Shown piece after piece: positions 32,833 through 43,521 of a DNA stretch of 64,000 nt; the first letter of the stretch is position 1, and each line of letters begins with the position of its first letter. The notes beneath the pieces were generated by a model. That model saw only the letters and a program-made list of their open reading frames with translations, was not told the DNA's origin and searched no databases. The stretch comes from an uncultured Rivularia sp. (GTDB taxonomy: Bacteria > Cyanobacteriota > Cyanobacteriia > Cyanobacteriales > Nostocaceae). The DNA lies in the NCBI GenBank assembly GCA_963665115.1, contig OY762007.1:320001-384000 (forward strand), read 5' to 3'. Made by a program: the position numbers and the translations under genes.

Positions 32833-33740
32833 AAATGACCTTGATTCAACACCTTATCTACAGATGGGCTTGTATCATCAACTAAAGTTTGAATTTTGCT
32901 TATCATTCTCTGAAATACGTCAGGATAGTATTTAGAAGTATCTAAAAATTCAACATATTCTTGTCTGTGAATGCGTCTTGCTTCTGGTGTGCGAAATTCC
33001 TGCCTAATATTAGAAGACATACGTTTTGTTTTACGCACTATTAGAACATCATCAATCTGAGTTGAGATGATTGAAACTGGTGTCATATCCAAAAATTCAC
33101 AAATTAAGAAATATAGAGAACCAGGAACAGCTATTTTTAAATCTCTACTTGTTGCAACTGCTTCCTGGAACATAGTTTTATCTAAATTTGTTTTACATTC
33201 TGCACATACATAGCCAAGATAAGATTCAATTAATTTGAAAGTTTTAAAATCCGCATCGAAGGATGTTTTGAGATATAACTTCTTTCCTAAAACAAAGTCT
33301 TGATTTTTAGTTCTAATGTTCGGTTCACCACCTTCACTGGGATTACCAACAGATGATAAAAAGCTAAGTCCCGCAAAAGTGTTTCTAGGACCAAGCTCAA
33401 AAGATTCGTCTATTCCTCTCAAGCTACAAAAAACAAGTTGAGGTAGAAATTCTTCTAAAATAGTATTATCTAACTTGAGTTGACCTTTTTGCCTGTATAA
33501 AAAATTTTCTGTACTATCAAATATTAAGTCAAGCTCAATAAAACGTTTATATTCATTTGTAATTTCTACTAATTTTTCTGCTGTACCAAATTGACCGCGT
33601 TCGACCGACTCAAGTTCACTAATCCATTCATGATATCTTCTAATAGCCTCTTCTAAACGCTCTTTATCAGCTTCAGGCAGTCGGGGATTTTCAAGGCAAG
33701 CAATTAATTTTCCATAATGTGGACGAGATAGTTCGGGCAT
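32829..33740 (-). CDS. Bpu10I-family type II restriction endonuclease
   Basis: QKGQLKLDNTILEEF, KNQDF and AECKTNLDKTMFQE PD-(D/E)xK motifs; next to an MTase. Confidence 0.8.
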   Translation of the reverse strand: MPELSRPHYGKLIACLENPRLPEADKERLEEAIRRYHEWISELESVERGQFGTAEKLVEITNEYKRFIELDLIFDSTENFLYRQKGQLKLDNTILEEFLPQLVFCSLRGIDESFELGPRNTFAGLSFLSSVGNPSEGGEPNIRTKNQDFVLGKKLYLKTSFDADFKTFKLIESYLGYVCAECKTNLDKTMFQEAVATSRDLKIAVPGSLYFLICEFLDMTPVSIISTQIDDVLIVRKTKRMSSNIRQEFRTPEARRIHRQEYVEFLDTSKYYPDVFQRMISKIQTLVDDTSPSVDKVLNQGHF

Positions 33741-33779
33741 AATTTTATAATCAATATATTTTATCGAATTAAATTTATA

Positions 33780-34982
33780 TTAAATCGTTTGTTCTAATTG
33801 TTTGATATATTCTATTTGGTCTAATTTTGGCGTACTTTTTATAATTCCGACCTTTCCAATAGCATTTTCAAGATATTTTAAATTTTTTTCAGGAACTGAA
33901 CTAATTCCCTCGATTAAGACATTTAAAGCTATTTCTCTAGCAATATCATCAATAATTTCTTTTGTACATTCAATTTTTAAATTACAAAAGTTAATTAAAT
34001 CTTCTCTGATAATTTTGCCAAATTTATTTTTAAACTGCCTTTTCTGCCTTAAAACTTTTGCATACATCCCAGATTTAATTCCAATCTTTTCAATAATGTC
34101 AGCATTATAAAAAGGTACTCCAAGAACTTTGGATTCATAACCTACTACAAACACAATACGTGCTTCTTTTTTACTTACCCTTGATATTTCCTGCAAAGTC
34201 TCTGCAATATCTAAACAATACTGTACAACTGTATAAAAACGATTGACTCTATTAGCTCTATTAGCTCCAATTTCAGATTTAGCTATTCTAAGTAAGTCCC
34301 ATCCTAAAATCTCAGCAGACTTCCTATAATTTTGATGATAGTTAAATACGTTTATATAAGGTGGAGAAGTTACAACAAAATCTACTCTATTATCTTCTAA
34401 AGGAATACATCTAGAGTCGGATAGTAATGATTTTATATTCTTATTAAGTAATGGTAAATCATGCACCATTCTTTGTAATTCAAAAAACTTTTTTTGAATA
34501 AAGTTATTAGTAATTTTATTGTTAGCAATATCTAATAGTATTATTAATGCATTAAATAATATTGTTGCATCTTCATTGTTTATATTTTGTTTAAACTTAA
34601 TTATTTTATCTTCTAAATTATAAATTTTCTTATCAGTATCTATCAATATTGTGAAAGGAAATTCTTTATTAATATATTCTCTAACTTGATTTATAGTCTT
34701 TTTTTTATCTGATTTATTGATAAATTCATAGGTTTTACTAAGTATACAAGCGGCTGGATTTATCTCAACGCCATATATCTCATGCGAAAAAGCAACTGCT
34801 TCTAATAAAACAGTTCCACTACCTACAAAAGGGTCGAGAACTACTGAGTCAGGTAAACAGTATGCTTCAAAAATTGCTTCTACTAACTGTGGTGAAAATT
34901 GACCTCGCCAAGAAAATAAATTAGAACGTTTTTTTTCAGCAATGTTTAAAAGTTCTTGCGGAATCGGTTTATCGAATTTCAA
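33780..34982 (-). CDS. DNA amino-methyltransferase (SPPY, probably N4-cytosine)
   Basis: Motif I LDPFVGSGT precedes catalytic VTSPPY; very AT-rich. Confidence 0.85.
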   Translation of the reverse strand: MKFDKPIPQELLNIAEKKRSNLFSWRGQFSPQLVEAIFEAYCLPDSVVLDPFVGSGTVLLEAVAFSHEIYGVEINPAACILSKTYEFINKSDKKKTINQVREYINKEFPFTILIDTDKKIYNLEDKIIKFKQNINNEDATILFNALIILLDIANNKITNNFIQKKFFELQRMVHDLPLLNKNIKSLLSDSRCIPLEDNRVDFVVTSPPYINVFNYHQNYRKSAEILGWDLLRIAKSEIGANRANRVNRFYTVVQYCLDIAETLQEISRVSKKEARIVFVVGYESKVLGVPFYNADIIEKIGIKSGMYAKVLRQKRQFKNKFGKIIREDLINFCNLKIECTKEIIDDIAREIALNVLIEGISSVPEKNLKYLENAIGKVGIIKSTPKLDQIEYIKQLEQTI

Positions 34983-35115
34983 CTGCGAATCTTCCTTTTA
35001 CCAGGCATATATTTTACGGTTTAATGTAGTTTAACATTTATTTTTGTTGTAAATCCCATCTATTATTCCCAATCTCTAACTACGCCAAAAACGATAATAA
35101 ATCACAGCAGCAACA

Positions 35116-35394
35116 CTATATTCCCCAAATAAAAACTTTTATCCATCCAGAACCAAGAATAACTTTCCAAGGGTCTCGCTCATTAATAATTCGTTCATTA
35201 ATATTTTTTGACAATTGGTACAAAGCAAACATTGCTGGAATCCAAACTACAAAAAAACCATTATTTAACCACCAATTTTCACTCGCTGACTCGTTTGGCG
35301 ATCGCACTATATTCAAATGCAACGAACTGCTTTGATAAAACCCAACCAGCGCTACCACCATCAACAAAAAACTTAAATATTTCAGCACCCGCAT
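35116..35394 (-). CDS. Small hypothetical membrane protein; 3' end uncertain
   Basis: Hydrophobic segments; co-oriented between crtH and the MTase. Confidence 0.4.
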   Translation of the reverse strand: MRVLKYLSFLLMVVALVGFYQSSSLHLNIVRSPNESASENWWLNNGFFVVWIPAMFALYQLSKNINERIINERDPWKVILGSGWIKVFIWGI

Positions 35395-35442
35395 ATAATC
35401 TTATTTATCAATTAGAAGTATCTATTATATGCAAGTCAAATA

Positions 35443-36978
35443 TCAAACCAACCCCAAATCCACCGCCACCCGATGAGCGCAAGCAAACCCGGAAAACGCA
35501 ACCGCATTCAATCCTTGTCCGGGAAAGGTACTATCTCCCACGATATATAATCCTTCAATTGCAGTCCGATTAAATGGCATTCCCAACAATCCCCGTAACT
35601 TCCGTCTCGGTATTGGGCCATATGTACCATCGACTCTTCCCAAAAATCTTCGATGGGTTTTTGGCGTTCCCGCTTCTAAATAATCTAAATTCGCATCTAT
35701 CCCTGGAAATATCTTTTCCAATTTATCCACAATTCGCCAAGCTGTAGCTTCTTTCTTGGCTTCATATTCTTTCTCGGATAAATTCTGCCATTCATCAATC
35801 GTGTGTGTGGCGAACGCATGAATGATATGATATCCCTTTGGAGCTAATTCTGGGTCGAGTAATGTGGGAATTGAGACAAAAATTGTCCCTTCCACATCCA
35901 TCATTTTCTCCCATTCCGAAACCAAAATATGATGACACTCAGTTCCTGGAGATAATAATTCTGCTTTTACTCCCATATGTAAACTGAAAAAACTCGGCGA
36001 TTTTTGATATCTTTGCTGCCATTTTTTTTCATTAGCAGGTATTTCTACTGGTGAAAGCAATTTCTCAAATGTATTCCAGCGAGTAGCGTTGGAAACCACA
36101 CGTTTGGCGCGATATTCTTGAGCCACTTGCGTGCGGAGGTCTCCTCCGTTGAGCAAAGTGGCGTGATTGTTCGCCAGCTTAACACCAATAACTTTTCCTT
36201 TCTCTTTTATTATTTGGGTGACTCTGGCTTGATACTTTATTTCTCCACCCTTCTTAATCAAACCTTCTACCAACTTCTGAGCAATTTGCCCTACTCCACC
36301 TTTAGGATAATTAACTCCACCATAATGTCTGTCAGAAAATACCATCCCGGCGTTAATTGCTGGTGTCATATCGGCAGGTACAACTGACCAGCAATAACAC
36401 TCTATATCGATAAACTTTAATAATTCCGGGTCGTTAATATATCTTCGCGCTATATCTCCGGCATTTTGCGGTAAGTATTTCGCCAAAGCCAAACAGGCCA
36501 ATGGATGCCCAAAAAACGCCCGCATTAAATATCGGGGTTCTTCTAAAGACAGTAACTCCATTTGATTTAAGCAGTTAAAAACTTTCCAACACTCGTCATA
36601 AAAACGACGAATTCCCTTGCTTTCGTGAGGAAAATAAGCAATTAAATTTTGTAAAAAATCTTCATAATTTCGTTCAACTTTCAAATCCAACGAGTTCGGC
36701 AAATGATAGTGAATCTGCACGTTATCGGGAATAGTTTCCAAACTCACATCTACTGCTGACAAAGCACGGGTAAGTAAATTAGTAGTTCCTTTGTCCCCAA
36801 ACCCAAAAATCATCGAAGCCCCTACATCAAAGCGATAACCTTCCCGTTCAAAATAGCCAGAGCTACCACCAGGAATCGTATATCCCTCTAAAACCAGCAC
36901 CTTAGCACCCTTAGCCACTAATTGAGTCGCAGTTACCAAACCACCGATACCCGAACCAATTACAATCACATCGTACAT
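35443..36978 (-). CDS. crtH: Carotenoid isomerase, with a 15-aa in-frame repeat insertion
   Basis: GSGIGG FAD motif, [42 protein letters not shown]. Confidence 0.95.
   Translation of the reverse strand: MYDVIVIGSGIGGLVTATQLVAKGAKVLVLEGYTIPGGSSGYFEREGYRFDVGASMIFGFGDKGTTNLLTRALSAVDVSLETIPDNVQIHYHLPNSLDLKVERNYEDFLQNLIAYFPHESKGIRRFYDECWKVFNCLNQMELLSLEEPRYLMRAFFGHPLACLALAKYLPQNAGDIARRYINDPELLKFIDIECYCWSVVPADMTPAINAGMVFSDRHYGGVNYPKGGVGQIAQKLVEGLIKKGGEIKYQARVTQIIKEKGKVIGVKLANNHATLLNGGDLRTQVAQEYRAKRVVSNATRWNTFEKLLSPVEIPANEKKWQQRYQKSPSFFSLHMGVKAELLSPGTECHHILVSEWEKMMDVEGTIFVSIPTLLDPELAPKGYHIIHAFATHTIDEWQNLSEKEYEAKKEATAWRIVDKLEKIFPGIDANLDYLEAGTPKTHRRFLGRVDGTYGPIPRRKLRGLLGMPFNRTAIEGLYIVGDSTFPGQGLNAVAFSGFACAHRVAVDLGLV
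36120..36164. repeat. 45-nt dispersed repeat inserted in frame in crtH
   Basis: GAGCCACTTGCGTGCGGAGGTCTCCTCCGTTGAGCAAAGTGGCGT; homolog at 16024-16068. Confidence 0.85.
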
Positions 36979-37106
36979 AAGTTGTAAATCTTTAAAGGTT
37001 AAAGGTTAAAGGTCAAAGGTTAAATAATTATAATTCCTAATTCCTAACTTTTCTTTACCAATGCCCTATCCCCAATTACCTATTACCTATTACCTATTAC
37101 CAAAAT

Positions 37107-37177
37107 AAAAAAAGAGGGACAAGTCTGCAACTGCTGACCAATCCCGTCTGCCGTTCCTTAAAGAGAGGAGAACACTG
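37107..37177 (-). ncRNA. isaR1: Iron-stress-activated sRNA IsaR1
   Basis: Minus strand CAGTGTTCTCCTCTCTTTAAGGAACGGCAGACGGGA...TCCCTCTTTTTT, ~70 nt with terminator; lies between crtH and divergent upp, the recalled IsaR1 synteny. Confidence 0.8.
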
Positions 37178-37183
37178 GAAATT

Positions 37184-37240
37184 AATATAGCGCTGATTGA
37201 GAATAAATGTCAACTAGTAATAAAAAAGATTCTCAATAAA
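37184..37240 (-). promoter_or_regulatory. IsaR1 promoter with Fur-box-like AT-rich inverted repeat
   Basis: -35 TTGACA (37213-37208), -10 TATATT (37189-37184); TTGAGAAT...ATTCTCAA inverted repeat overlapping it. Confidence 0.6.
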
Positions 37241-37360
37241 ATTTGATACTAATATCGGATCAATTTATGAATGCCAATGTTAGATGTTAGTCACTGGCTT
37301 GAAAGAGTATTATGATGTTGCAGTTGCGATACCTTATATATTGAAGCTTTTATATCTACT

Positions 37361-38011
37361 ATGACGCTACAATTGCGCGTTTATGTTCCACCCCATCCCT
37401 TAATCAAACATTGGCTGGCAGTTGCTCGCGATGCTGGTACGCCTTCCGTATTGTTTCGTTCGGCAATGACTGAATTGGGGCGCTGGCTAACTTATGAAGC
37501 CGCTAGGGAATGGTTGCCGACGTTAGAGACAACGGTTCAAACTCCTTTAGAGGAATGTCCTGCAACTTTTATTAATCCTGAAATTCCGGTGGCAGTAGTG
37601 CCAATTTTGCGAGCGGGGTTAGGATTGCTAGAAGGCGCACAAACTTTGCTTCCTTTGGCATCTATTTATCATTTGGGTTTAGTCCGCAACGAGAAAACTT
37701 TGCAACCGGAATGTTATCTTAATAAGCTACCAGAAAAAATTAACCCTCAGACAAGAGTGTTAATTACCGACCCTATGTTGGCTACTGGAGGCTCTATAAT
37801 GGCTGCAATGTCGGAATTAGTCGGGCGAGGCGTTGACCCTGCTTTAACGCGGATTGTCTGCGTAGTTGCTTCTCCCCCAGCATTACAACAATTGAGTGCA
37901 GCTTATCCGGGTTTAAATGTTTATACTGCAACAATTGATGAAAAACTTAACGAACGAGGATTTATAGTACCTGGTTTAGGAGATGCTGGCGATCGCACTT
38001 TTGGAACTTAA
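37361..38011 (+). CDS. upp: Uracil phosphoribosyltransferase
   Basis: HPLIKHWL, VPILRAG, DPMLATGGS, IVPGLGDAGDR. Confidence 0.97.
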   Translation: MTLQLRVYVPPHPLIKHWLAVARDAGTPSVLFRSAMTELGRWLTYEAAREWLPTLETTVQTPLEECPATFINPEIPVAVVPILRAGLGLLEGAQTLLPLASIYHLGLVRNEKTLQPECYLNKLPEKINPQTRVLITDPMLATGGSIMAAMSELVGRGVDPALTRIVCVVASPPALQQLSAAYPGLNVYTATIDEKLNERGFIVPGLGDAGDRTFGT

Positions 38012-38099
38012 AAAAGGAACTTAAAAAAATATACAGTTTATCCGGCGGGGTTGGTTGCGATCGTTAAAGTAGGAAGTAGCGATTAAAGGTGGTAAACAT

Positions 38100-38462
38100 A
38101 TGAGTCAACGCGATGGTTTTGCTAGCGGATTTTTTGCCGGAGCGATTTTTGGTAGTGTAGTTGGTGGCGTTATCGGGACGCTGGCAACCCAAAGACGCAA
38201 TGGGGCAGAATTTGCTGAAGATGAAGCAGAACAGCAAATAACGGGTAAGAACTCAAACTTGGATAAATCTGGCAAACGAAGACAGATGCGAGGTGCGGCG
38301 ACGACTGGGGTAGAAATGGAAACAGCGCGACGTTCTCTAGAAGACAAAATTGCTCAGTTAAACGCCACAATCGATGAAGTGCGCGATCAGCTTGGCAATG
38401 TTAACAACAATTCTGGTGGAGTAAACGAATTTCCCTCTCGCAGCGAAGAATTACAATCTTAA
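38100..38462 (+). CDS. Conserved cyanobacterial protein (Gly-rich N-terminal TM plus coiled coil)
   Basis: GFFAGAIFGSVVGG; ARRSLEDKIAQLNATID; between upp and the YggT gene. Confidence 0.75.
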   Translation: MSQRDGFASGFFAGAIFGSVVGGVIGTLATQRRNGAEFAEDEAEQQITGKNSNLDKSGKRRQMRGAATTGVEMETARRSLEDKIAQLNATIDEVRDQLGNVNNNSGGVNEFPSRSEELQS

Positions 38463-38644
38463 CCAAACCCAAAGGAACTTGAGCGGTAATAAAGCGATAA
38501 ATTGTTTTATAGCCGCTCAAAATACTCAAGCTAGAGAATTAAAAAAGATGAATACCGAAACAATTGTCTCGGCATCTTGGTGCCAGCTAAATTAAAATCA
38601 ATAATAAGACCGCTTTTCACTAAAACTCAAAACACCAAATATCT

Positions 38645-38947
38645 ATGGTTTCAAATTCGCCTTTTGCTTTATTGATTGAGACACTGCTCAAATTCATCCA
38701 GTTTTACAGTTATTTACTGATCGGTAGGGTTCTATTAACTTGGTTCCCACAAATCGAATGGAGTAGCCAACCATTCGCAGCACTCAGTCAGATAACCGAT
38801 CCTTATCTGAATTTGTTCCGTAATATAATTCCCCCCCTCGGAGGAATTGACTTATCCCCAATTCTGGCTTTTTTAGCGCTAAACGTAGTCAGCGGACTTT
38901 TAGCAGGTGTAGCTGGTAGTCTATTAGCTTCAGCTTCAGTTTATTAA
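38645..38947 (+). CDS. YggT/YlmG family membrane protein
   Basis: RVLLTWFP, ITDPYLNLFR, IPPLGGIDLSP. Confidence 0.92.
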   Translation: MVSNSPFALLIETLLKFIQFYSYLLIGRVLLTWFPQIEWSSQPFAALSQITDPYLNLFRNIIPPLGGIDLSPILAFLALNVVSGLLAGVAGSLLASASVY

Positions 38948-39062
38948 ATTCAGCAGACTAATCAAACACGAAGTATGAAGTTTGACATCTAAAATACGAT
39001 CTGCTTTTTATCAAAGGGCGATCGCCTAAACAAATTTTCGTTTTTTTGTTTTTTTGTTAAAT

Positions 39063-39094
39063 GCGATCTGCTTGCAGCAGCGCTTCGCTATCGC
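39063..39094. repeat. Small repeat inserted in a HIP1 site
   Basis: GCGATC-TGCTTGCAGCAGCGCTTCGCT-ATCGC. Confidence 0.65.
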
Positions 39095-39136
39095 GATTCA
39101 TGTTTTGATGTTTCATTCTTCATACTTTGTAACTAT

Positions 39137-39572
39137 TTAGTAACGAACTTTAGAAGTAAACCCCGACGCTTTAAACTGCTTTAACTTTAATGGCGTAGGT
39201 TGATTTGCTGGAACGGTAATTCTCATTTCAAAAGTACTTTCTCCGGGTGGTACTTCGCTAATAGAACCGACGCGAGTACGGTTTTGCATTACCGTATTAT
39301 TATTAGCATCATAAATCCGCCCAAAAATATCTGCATCATACACAGTTTTACTAGTCATATTTTTTGCAGTACCAGTGACTATAAAGCAATTTGCAGCCCT
39401 GCTAGCACCACCACTAGTAACATTCCCTGTACTCAGTTCCGCCGGACACTCTTGGTAAGAAATATTTGATAAAGGAATCGGCGTTAGTGCCAAAGCAGCA
39501 GGTGAATAAATCCAGGAAAATATTCCAATAATGCAGGAAATAAAGATAGTCGTCAGCGAACGTAACAGCATA
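39137..39572 (-). CDS. Conserved secreted hypothetical protein
   Basis: Signal peptide (SPAALA), Cys pair, DADIFGRIYDA..NRTRVG; start chosen at MLLRS. Confidence 0.65.
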
Positions 39573-39902
39573 CTATACACCGTAAAAATTTTAATTATAT
39601 GCAACCAGCTTATCAGTTAACAGCAAGCAGTTAAGGTGAGTAGGTTTAAAAAAATATCTTTAAATATTATTCTCGCTTTTGGCATGGAAGTAGTCATTTT
39701 CAGTAACCATTCACAATCTTGATGTTGGGTTACGACACGATTAATACAGGTTTTTGTTATGAGTTGATTTTTTTTCGTATCTAACCCAATCTACTAGTAG
39801 TTGATTGCATAAATTCTGAAGGATTCGTTTTTCCCGTAACCTTCGGGAGACGTTATGTATAACGTCTCTACAACCCGTCAAAACAAATGAAAAGGACTAC
39901 TC

Positions 39903-40052
39903 GTACTTCACCACGATAATTCTGCGGGGTTCCAGGAGTGCGAGCATCTTGCTCGCTGGTTGTCACGAGGGAGCGTCTCGCTCCCTGTTGGAAGCTAGCG
40001 ATCTGGAAAGCTCGCACTCCCAACACCCCGCAAAATTAATGTGCCGAAGTAC
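39903..40052. repeat. MITE-like element with imperfect TIRs enclosing REP variants
   Basis: GTACTTC..TAATTCTGCGGGGT / ACCCCGCAAAATTA..GAAGTAC. Confidence 0.6.
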
Positions 40053-40137
40053 CATCTACAAAAAAAAGATGAGCATTAATTGCCCACCTTAGAGTTTAAA
40101 TTAATAAATCTTTACTAAAACCAACTCTAGCTAAGAT

Positions 40138-41214
40138 TTACTTAACACTACCTTCCATTGCAGCAGAATCAATCGGTTTGATAAAGTACAACTTCACAGC
40201 TTGCCAACCGTTGGAAAGATAGTAAGGCAGCTTTTGGAAGATTTGGAGGAATTTAGGCGTTGTAGAATTCACGATGGCTCTAAGCTTCTCGTTATTCTTG
40301 ACGCAAGTTTCCAAACGTTCGTAAAATTCCGGTGTCTTAACATTTAACATTACTGGAAATACACGCCCAGCAGTTTCGTTGGTTTTTTCAATCACTTCTT
40401 TGTCGTATTCCCGTGCATTTAAACCAATTGCAGCATAAAAACCATCACGCTGAATATCGTTTAAGTACATTGTGCCAAATACCGACAATAGGAAGAAGCG
40501 ACACCATAAACGCGCTTTCCAATCGTTTAAGGTTTGAGGTTGCGCTCTCATTACCGCGTCGAAGAAGTCACCGTGGCGGTTTTCATCTTGACACCAGTTT
40601 TCAAAGAATCGGAAAATTGGATAAATTCTATCTTCGGGATGCTGTTCTAAATGGCGATAAATAGTGATATAGCGCCAGTAACCAATCTTTTCGGAAAGAT
40701 ATGTCGCGTAAAAGATGAATTTAGGCTTAAAGAAAGTGTAGCTACGACTCTTGGTTAAAAATCCTAAATCGAGCGACAGATTAAAATCTGACATTGCCTT
40801 ATTTAAGAAACCAGCATGACGGGCTTCATCCCGCGACATTAAGTTAAAGCCTTCAGCTAAAACCGGGTTTTTTCCTTTGAGACGACGACTTAATTCTTTG
40901 TACAGCAAAAAGCCAGAGAATTCGGCCGTACAGGAACGTTCTAAAAACTCAACAAACACCCGGCGAGTGTCCCCATCAATATGTTCCCAGGATTGCTCAA
41001 ACTCTTCATCCCGAACAAAATGATGGCGGTTATAGTCAGCACGAAACTCTTCAATGATGGCTCTCAACTCGTCTTCATTAACCGAGATGTCCATTTTAGC
41101 CATCTCGTCAAAGTCAGTGGTGTAAAACCTGGGTGTCAGCAGAGTTTCTTTTGCTGGGACTTTAACACCCGGACGTATTTCGTTAAAGCCTGGTTTTTGT
41201 AGGGAATCTACCAT
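40138..41214 (-). CDS. acsF: Mg-protoporphyrin IX monomethyl ester oxidative cyclase
   Basis: [26 protein letters not shown], diiron DEARH and DENRH; start at MVDSLQ. Confidence 0.96.
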   Translation of the reverse strand: MVDSLQKPGFNEIRPGVKVPAKETLLTPRFYTTDFDEMAKMDISVNEDELRAIIEEFRADYNRHHFVRDEEFEQSWEHIDGDTRRVFVEFLERSCTAEFSGFLLYKELSRRLKGKNPVLAEGFNLMSRDEARHAGFLNKAMSDFNLSLDLGFLTKSRSYTFFKPKFIFYATYLSEKIGYWRYITIYRHLEQHPEDRIYPIFRFFENWCQDENRHGDFFDAVMRAQPQTLNDWKARLWCRFFLLSVFGTMYLNDIQRDGFYAAIGLNAREYDKEVIEKTNETAGRVFPVMLNVKTPEFYERLETCVKNNEKLRAIVNSTTPKFLQIFQKLPYYLSNGWQAVKLYFIKPIDSAAMEGSVK

Positions 41215-41824
41215 ATCCTGATTATTATAAGTGTCGGGTTTGTAGACGCTGTTTTGATGTATAAACGCAGCACATTGCAACGCTTAAAAATCGAAAAACG
41301 GAAATATTGCGTTAAGTATAAATATCAGTTTACCAAGGAGTCTGGGAGTAATTACTAGATCAAACGTTAAGAGTTGCAACAATGAGGAGAGGGCGAGACA
41401 TTTAATCAATTATCAATTATCAATTATCAATGCCCCATGCCCCATCCCCAATTCCCAATCCCCAATTCTCAAATTAGCCGGATTTGTAATGCTGATGGAT
41501 GTAAATCCTAAAGGTAGATAATTCAATATTGAGTTTTACTTATGGGTGCGATTATCCAATGCACGGAATTAATAGAAATTCACTCACGCGGCAATCGTCA
41601 CGATAGTAAATAAGTAATCAAAAATAAATATATTTATTAAACTCGATGACTGTAATTAACTGATTGTTGTAATGGAATAACATTTTATTATAGCTTCATT
41701 TTCAAATTACATCAAAACGTAGCGAGATATAAAAATATTACACTAAAATTAAATTGTTAATATCGATAATTATTAATTCACATACATTTCAGTTGCCTTA
41801 AGCGTTCGGTGGAGTTGAAATCAG

Positions 41825-42352
41825 ATGAAGATTAAAGTCAAAGATAAGAATCAGAACAACGATGCAGATAAAGAAAAAGAGCGGATGAAAATATCCTATA
41901 TGCTCAACGTATTGGGTTTTTTAGGATTTACCGGCGGACTGCATCGTTTGTATAATGGTAAGGTTGCTACGGGTTTGCTATGGATGTTTACCCTTGGCTT
42001 GTTCGGTTTTGGTCAATTTGTAGATTTATTTCTCATTCCTAATATGGTGGAAGAAAGAGAAATGAAATTGAGATTAAAAGCTGGTTTATCGCCTTTTGGT
42101 GTTGCACAAACTCCTCAAGTCATAGCAACTGAAATATATGAATCTCCTCAAGAAACTTTAATGGTGAACTTATTAAAAGCTGCCGAAAAACGCGGTGGTG
42201 AACTTAGCGTTACTCAAGGAGTCCTTGAAACGGGTGCAAAGTTTTCGCAGGTAGAAGCAACTTTAAAAGAGATGCACAAATCTGGTTATGTTGGCATAGG
42301 TAACAACTCCGAAAATGGAGCCGTTACCTATATTTTTCACGAACTTACTTAA
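41825..42352 (+). CDS. TM2 (NINE) domain protein
   Basis: GGLHRLYNGK..GLLWMFTLGLFGFGQFVDLFLIP plus C-terminal wHTH-like segment. Confidence 0.85.
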   Translation: MKIKVKDKNQNNDADKEKERMKISYMLNVLGFLGFTGGLHRLYNGKVATGLLWMFTLGLFGFGQFVDLFLIPNMVEEREMKLRLKAGLSPFGVAQTPQVIATEIYESPQETLMVNLLKAAEKRGGELSVTQGVLETGAKFSQVEATLKEMHKSGYVGIGNNSENGAVTYIFHELT

Positions 42353-42831
42353 TTTCTTCCCAACCACTTTTGACCGTTCAAACGCATTATTACTCCAAAT
42401 ACCATTAAGTCTAGAGTAATTCTACGCTCGTCAATTAAAAATGATTCGAGGGTGCTGGGGCTTTTGCCTTCATTGCAAGAAAACGCTTTTTTCCCTTTAA
42501 TATCTTCATCTGGGAAATATAGATTAAATTGGCGATCGCCATTTTTGAAGTTACCTAAAACTTGCCAGCATTCCTCAGCTTTCTCATATCCAGGAATCGG
42601 AAGTTTTTGCTTTTGGAAATCCAAATCCAAATCTTCCACCCCTTCACCAGCGATCGCCTCTTGCAGCGCAGGTACGTAATGCTCTCGCATAAATTCCTCA
42701 AACGGCTTATCTTCAACCGCTGGAGGCTTTTCTTTCTTTTTCGCGGCAGGTTTCTTATCACCTGCGGGTTTAGCAGCAGCTTTGGGCTTTTCTTCCGATG
42801 CTGCTTCGTTTTTATTCGTTTCTTCTGCCAT
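42349..42831 (-). CDS. ndhV: DUF2996 protein, NDH-1 subunit V
   Basis: [35 protein letters not shown]. Confidence 0.8.
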   Translation of the reverse strand: MAEETNKNEAASEEKPKAAAKPAGDKKPAAKKKEKPPAVEDKPFEEFMREHYVPALQEAIAGEGVEDLDLDFQKQKLPIPGYEKAEECWQVLGNFKNGDRQFNLYFPDEDIKGKKAFSCNEGKSPSTLESFLIDERRITLDLMVFGVIMRLNGQKWLGRN

Positions 42832-42883
42832 TACTTGGGTTAATCCTTCTGGTTTGAATCATCTTCATTTTACCTATGATGCG

Positions 42884-43012
42884 GAATTGGGGATTAGGAA
42901 TTGGAAATTGGGAATTGGGGATTGGGCATTGGGGATTGGGGATTGGGCATTGGGGATTGGGAATTGGGAATTGGTAATTGGTAATTGGGGATTGGGGATT
43001 GGGAATTGGGAA
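42884..43012. repeat. STRR heptamer tandem array (GGGRATT/GGGCATT)
   Basis: About 18 heptamers; shorter arrays near 14477, 23413, 36992, 37075, 41401, 43412 and 43484. Confidence 0.9.
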
Positions 43013-43123
43013 TAAGCAAAATTCAAAAATAAAAGGCAGGCTATAAGCCCACCCCACAAAAAATCCATTAAAAACTAACTATCAACCATTAATAATTGAT
43101 AATTGATAATTGTTCATTGATTC

Positions 43124-43400
43124 TCAGCCGCCAGCTACAGCAGGAACGATACTTACTTCATCACCATCTTTTAAAGGTGTCGCCGCACCATCCAAGAAGC
43201 GGATATCTTCGCTATTTACATATAAATTTAAAAAACGACGCGGTTTTCCGGATTCATCGCATAAACGGGACTTAATACCGGGGACAAGCTTTTTCTAAAG
43301 AATCGAAGAGTTCGGTAATGGTGTTACCGCTACATTCTAAAGTCGCTTGATTATTAGTGAATTTTTGAAGTGCGGTGGGAACGAGAACTTTTACAGACAT
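43124..43400 (-). CDS. MoaD/ThiS/CysO-type sulfur carrier; apparent +1 frameshift near 43280
   Basis: [11 protein letters not shown]...[31 protein letters not shown] after removing one base. Confidence 0.88.
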
Positions 43401-43521
43401 ATCTTTTGAAATTGAAATTGGAATGGGAATTGGGCATTGGGCATTGGGCATTGGGTTGGGAGACAAGATGAAGAATAAACTAACTACTCCCTACTCCCTA
43501 CTCCCTACTCCCTAATCTTAA

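Noticed and set aside
42782..43068. Short ORFs with PIPNPQ/GIGDW repeats
   Set aside because: They are translations of the STRR heptamer array
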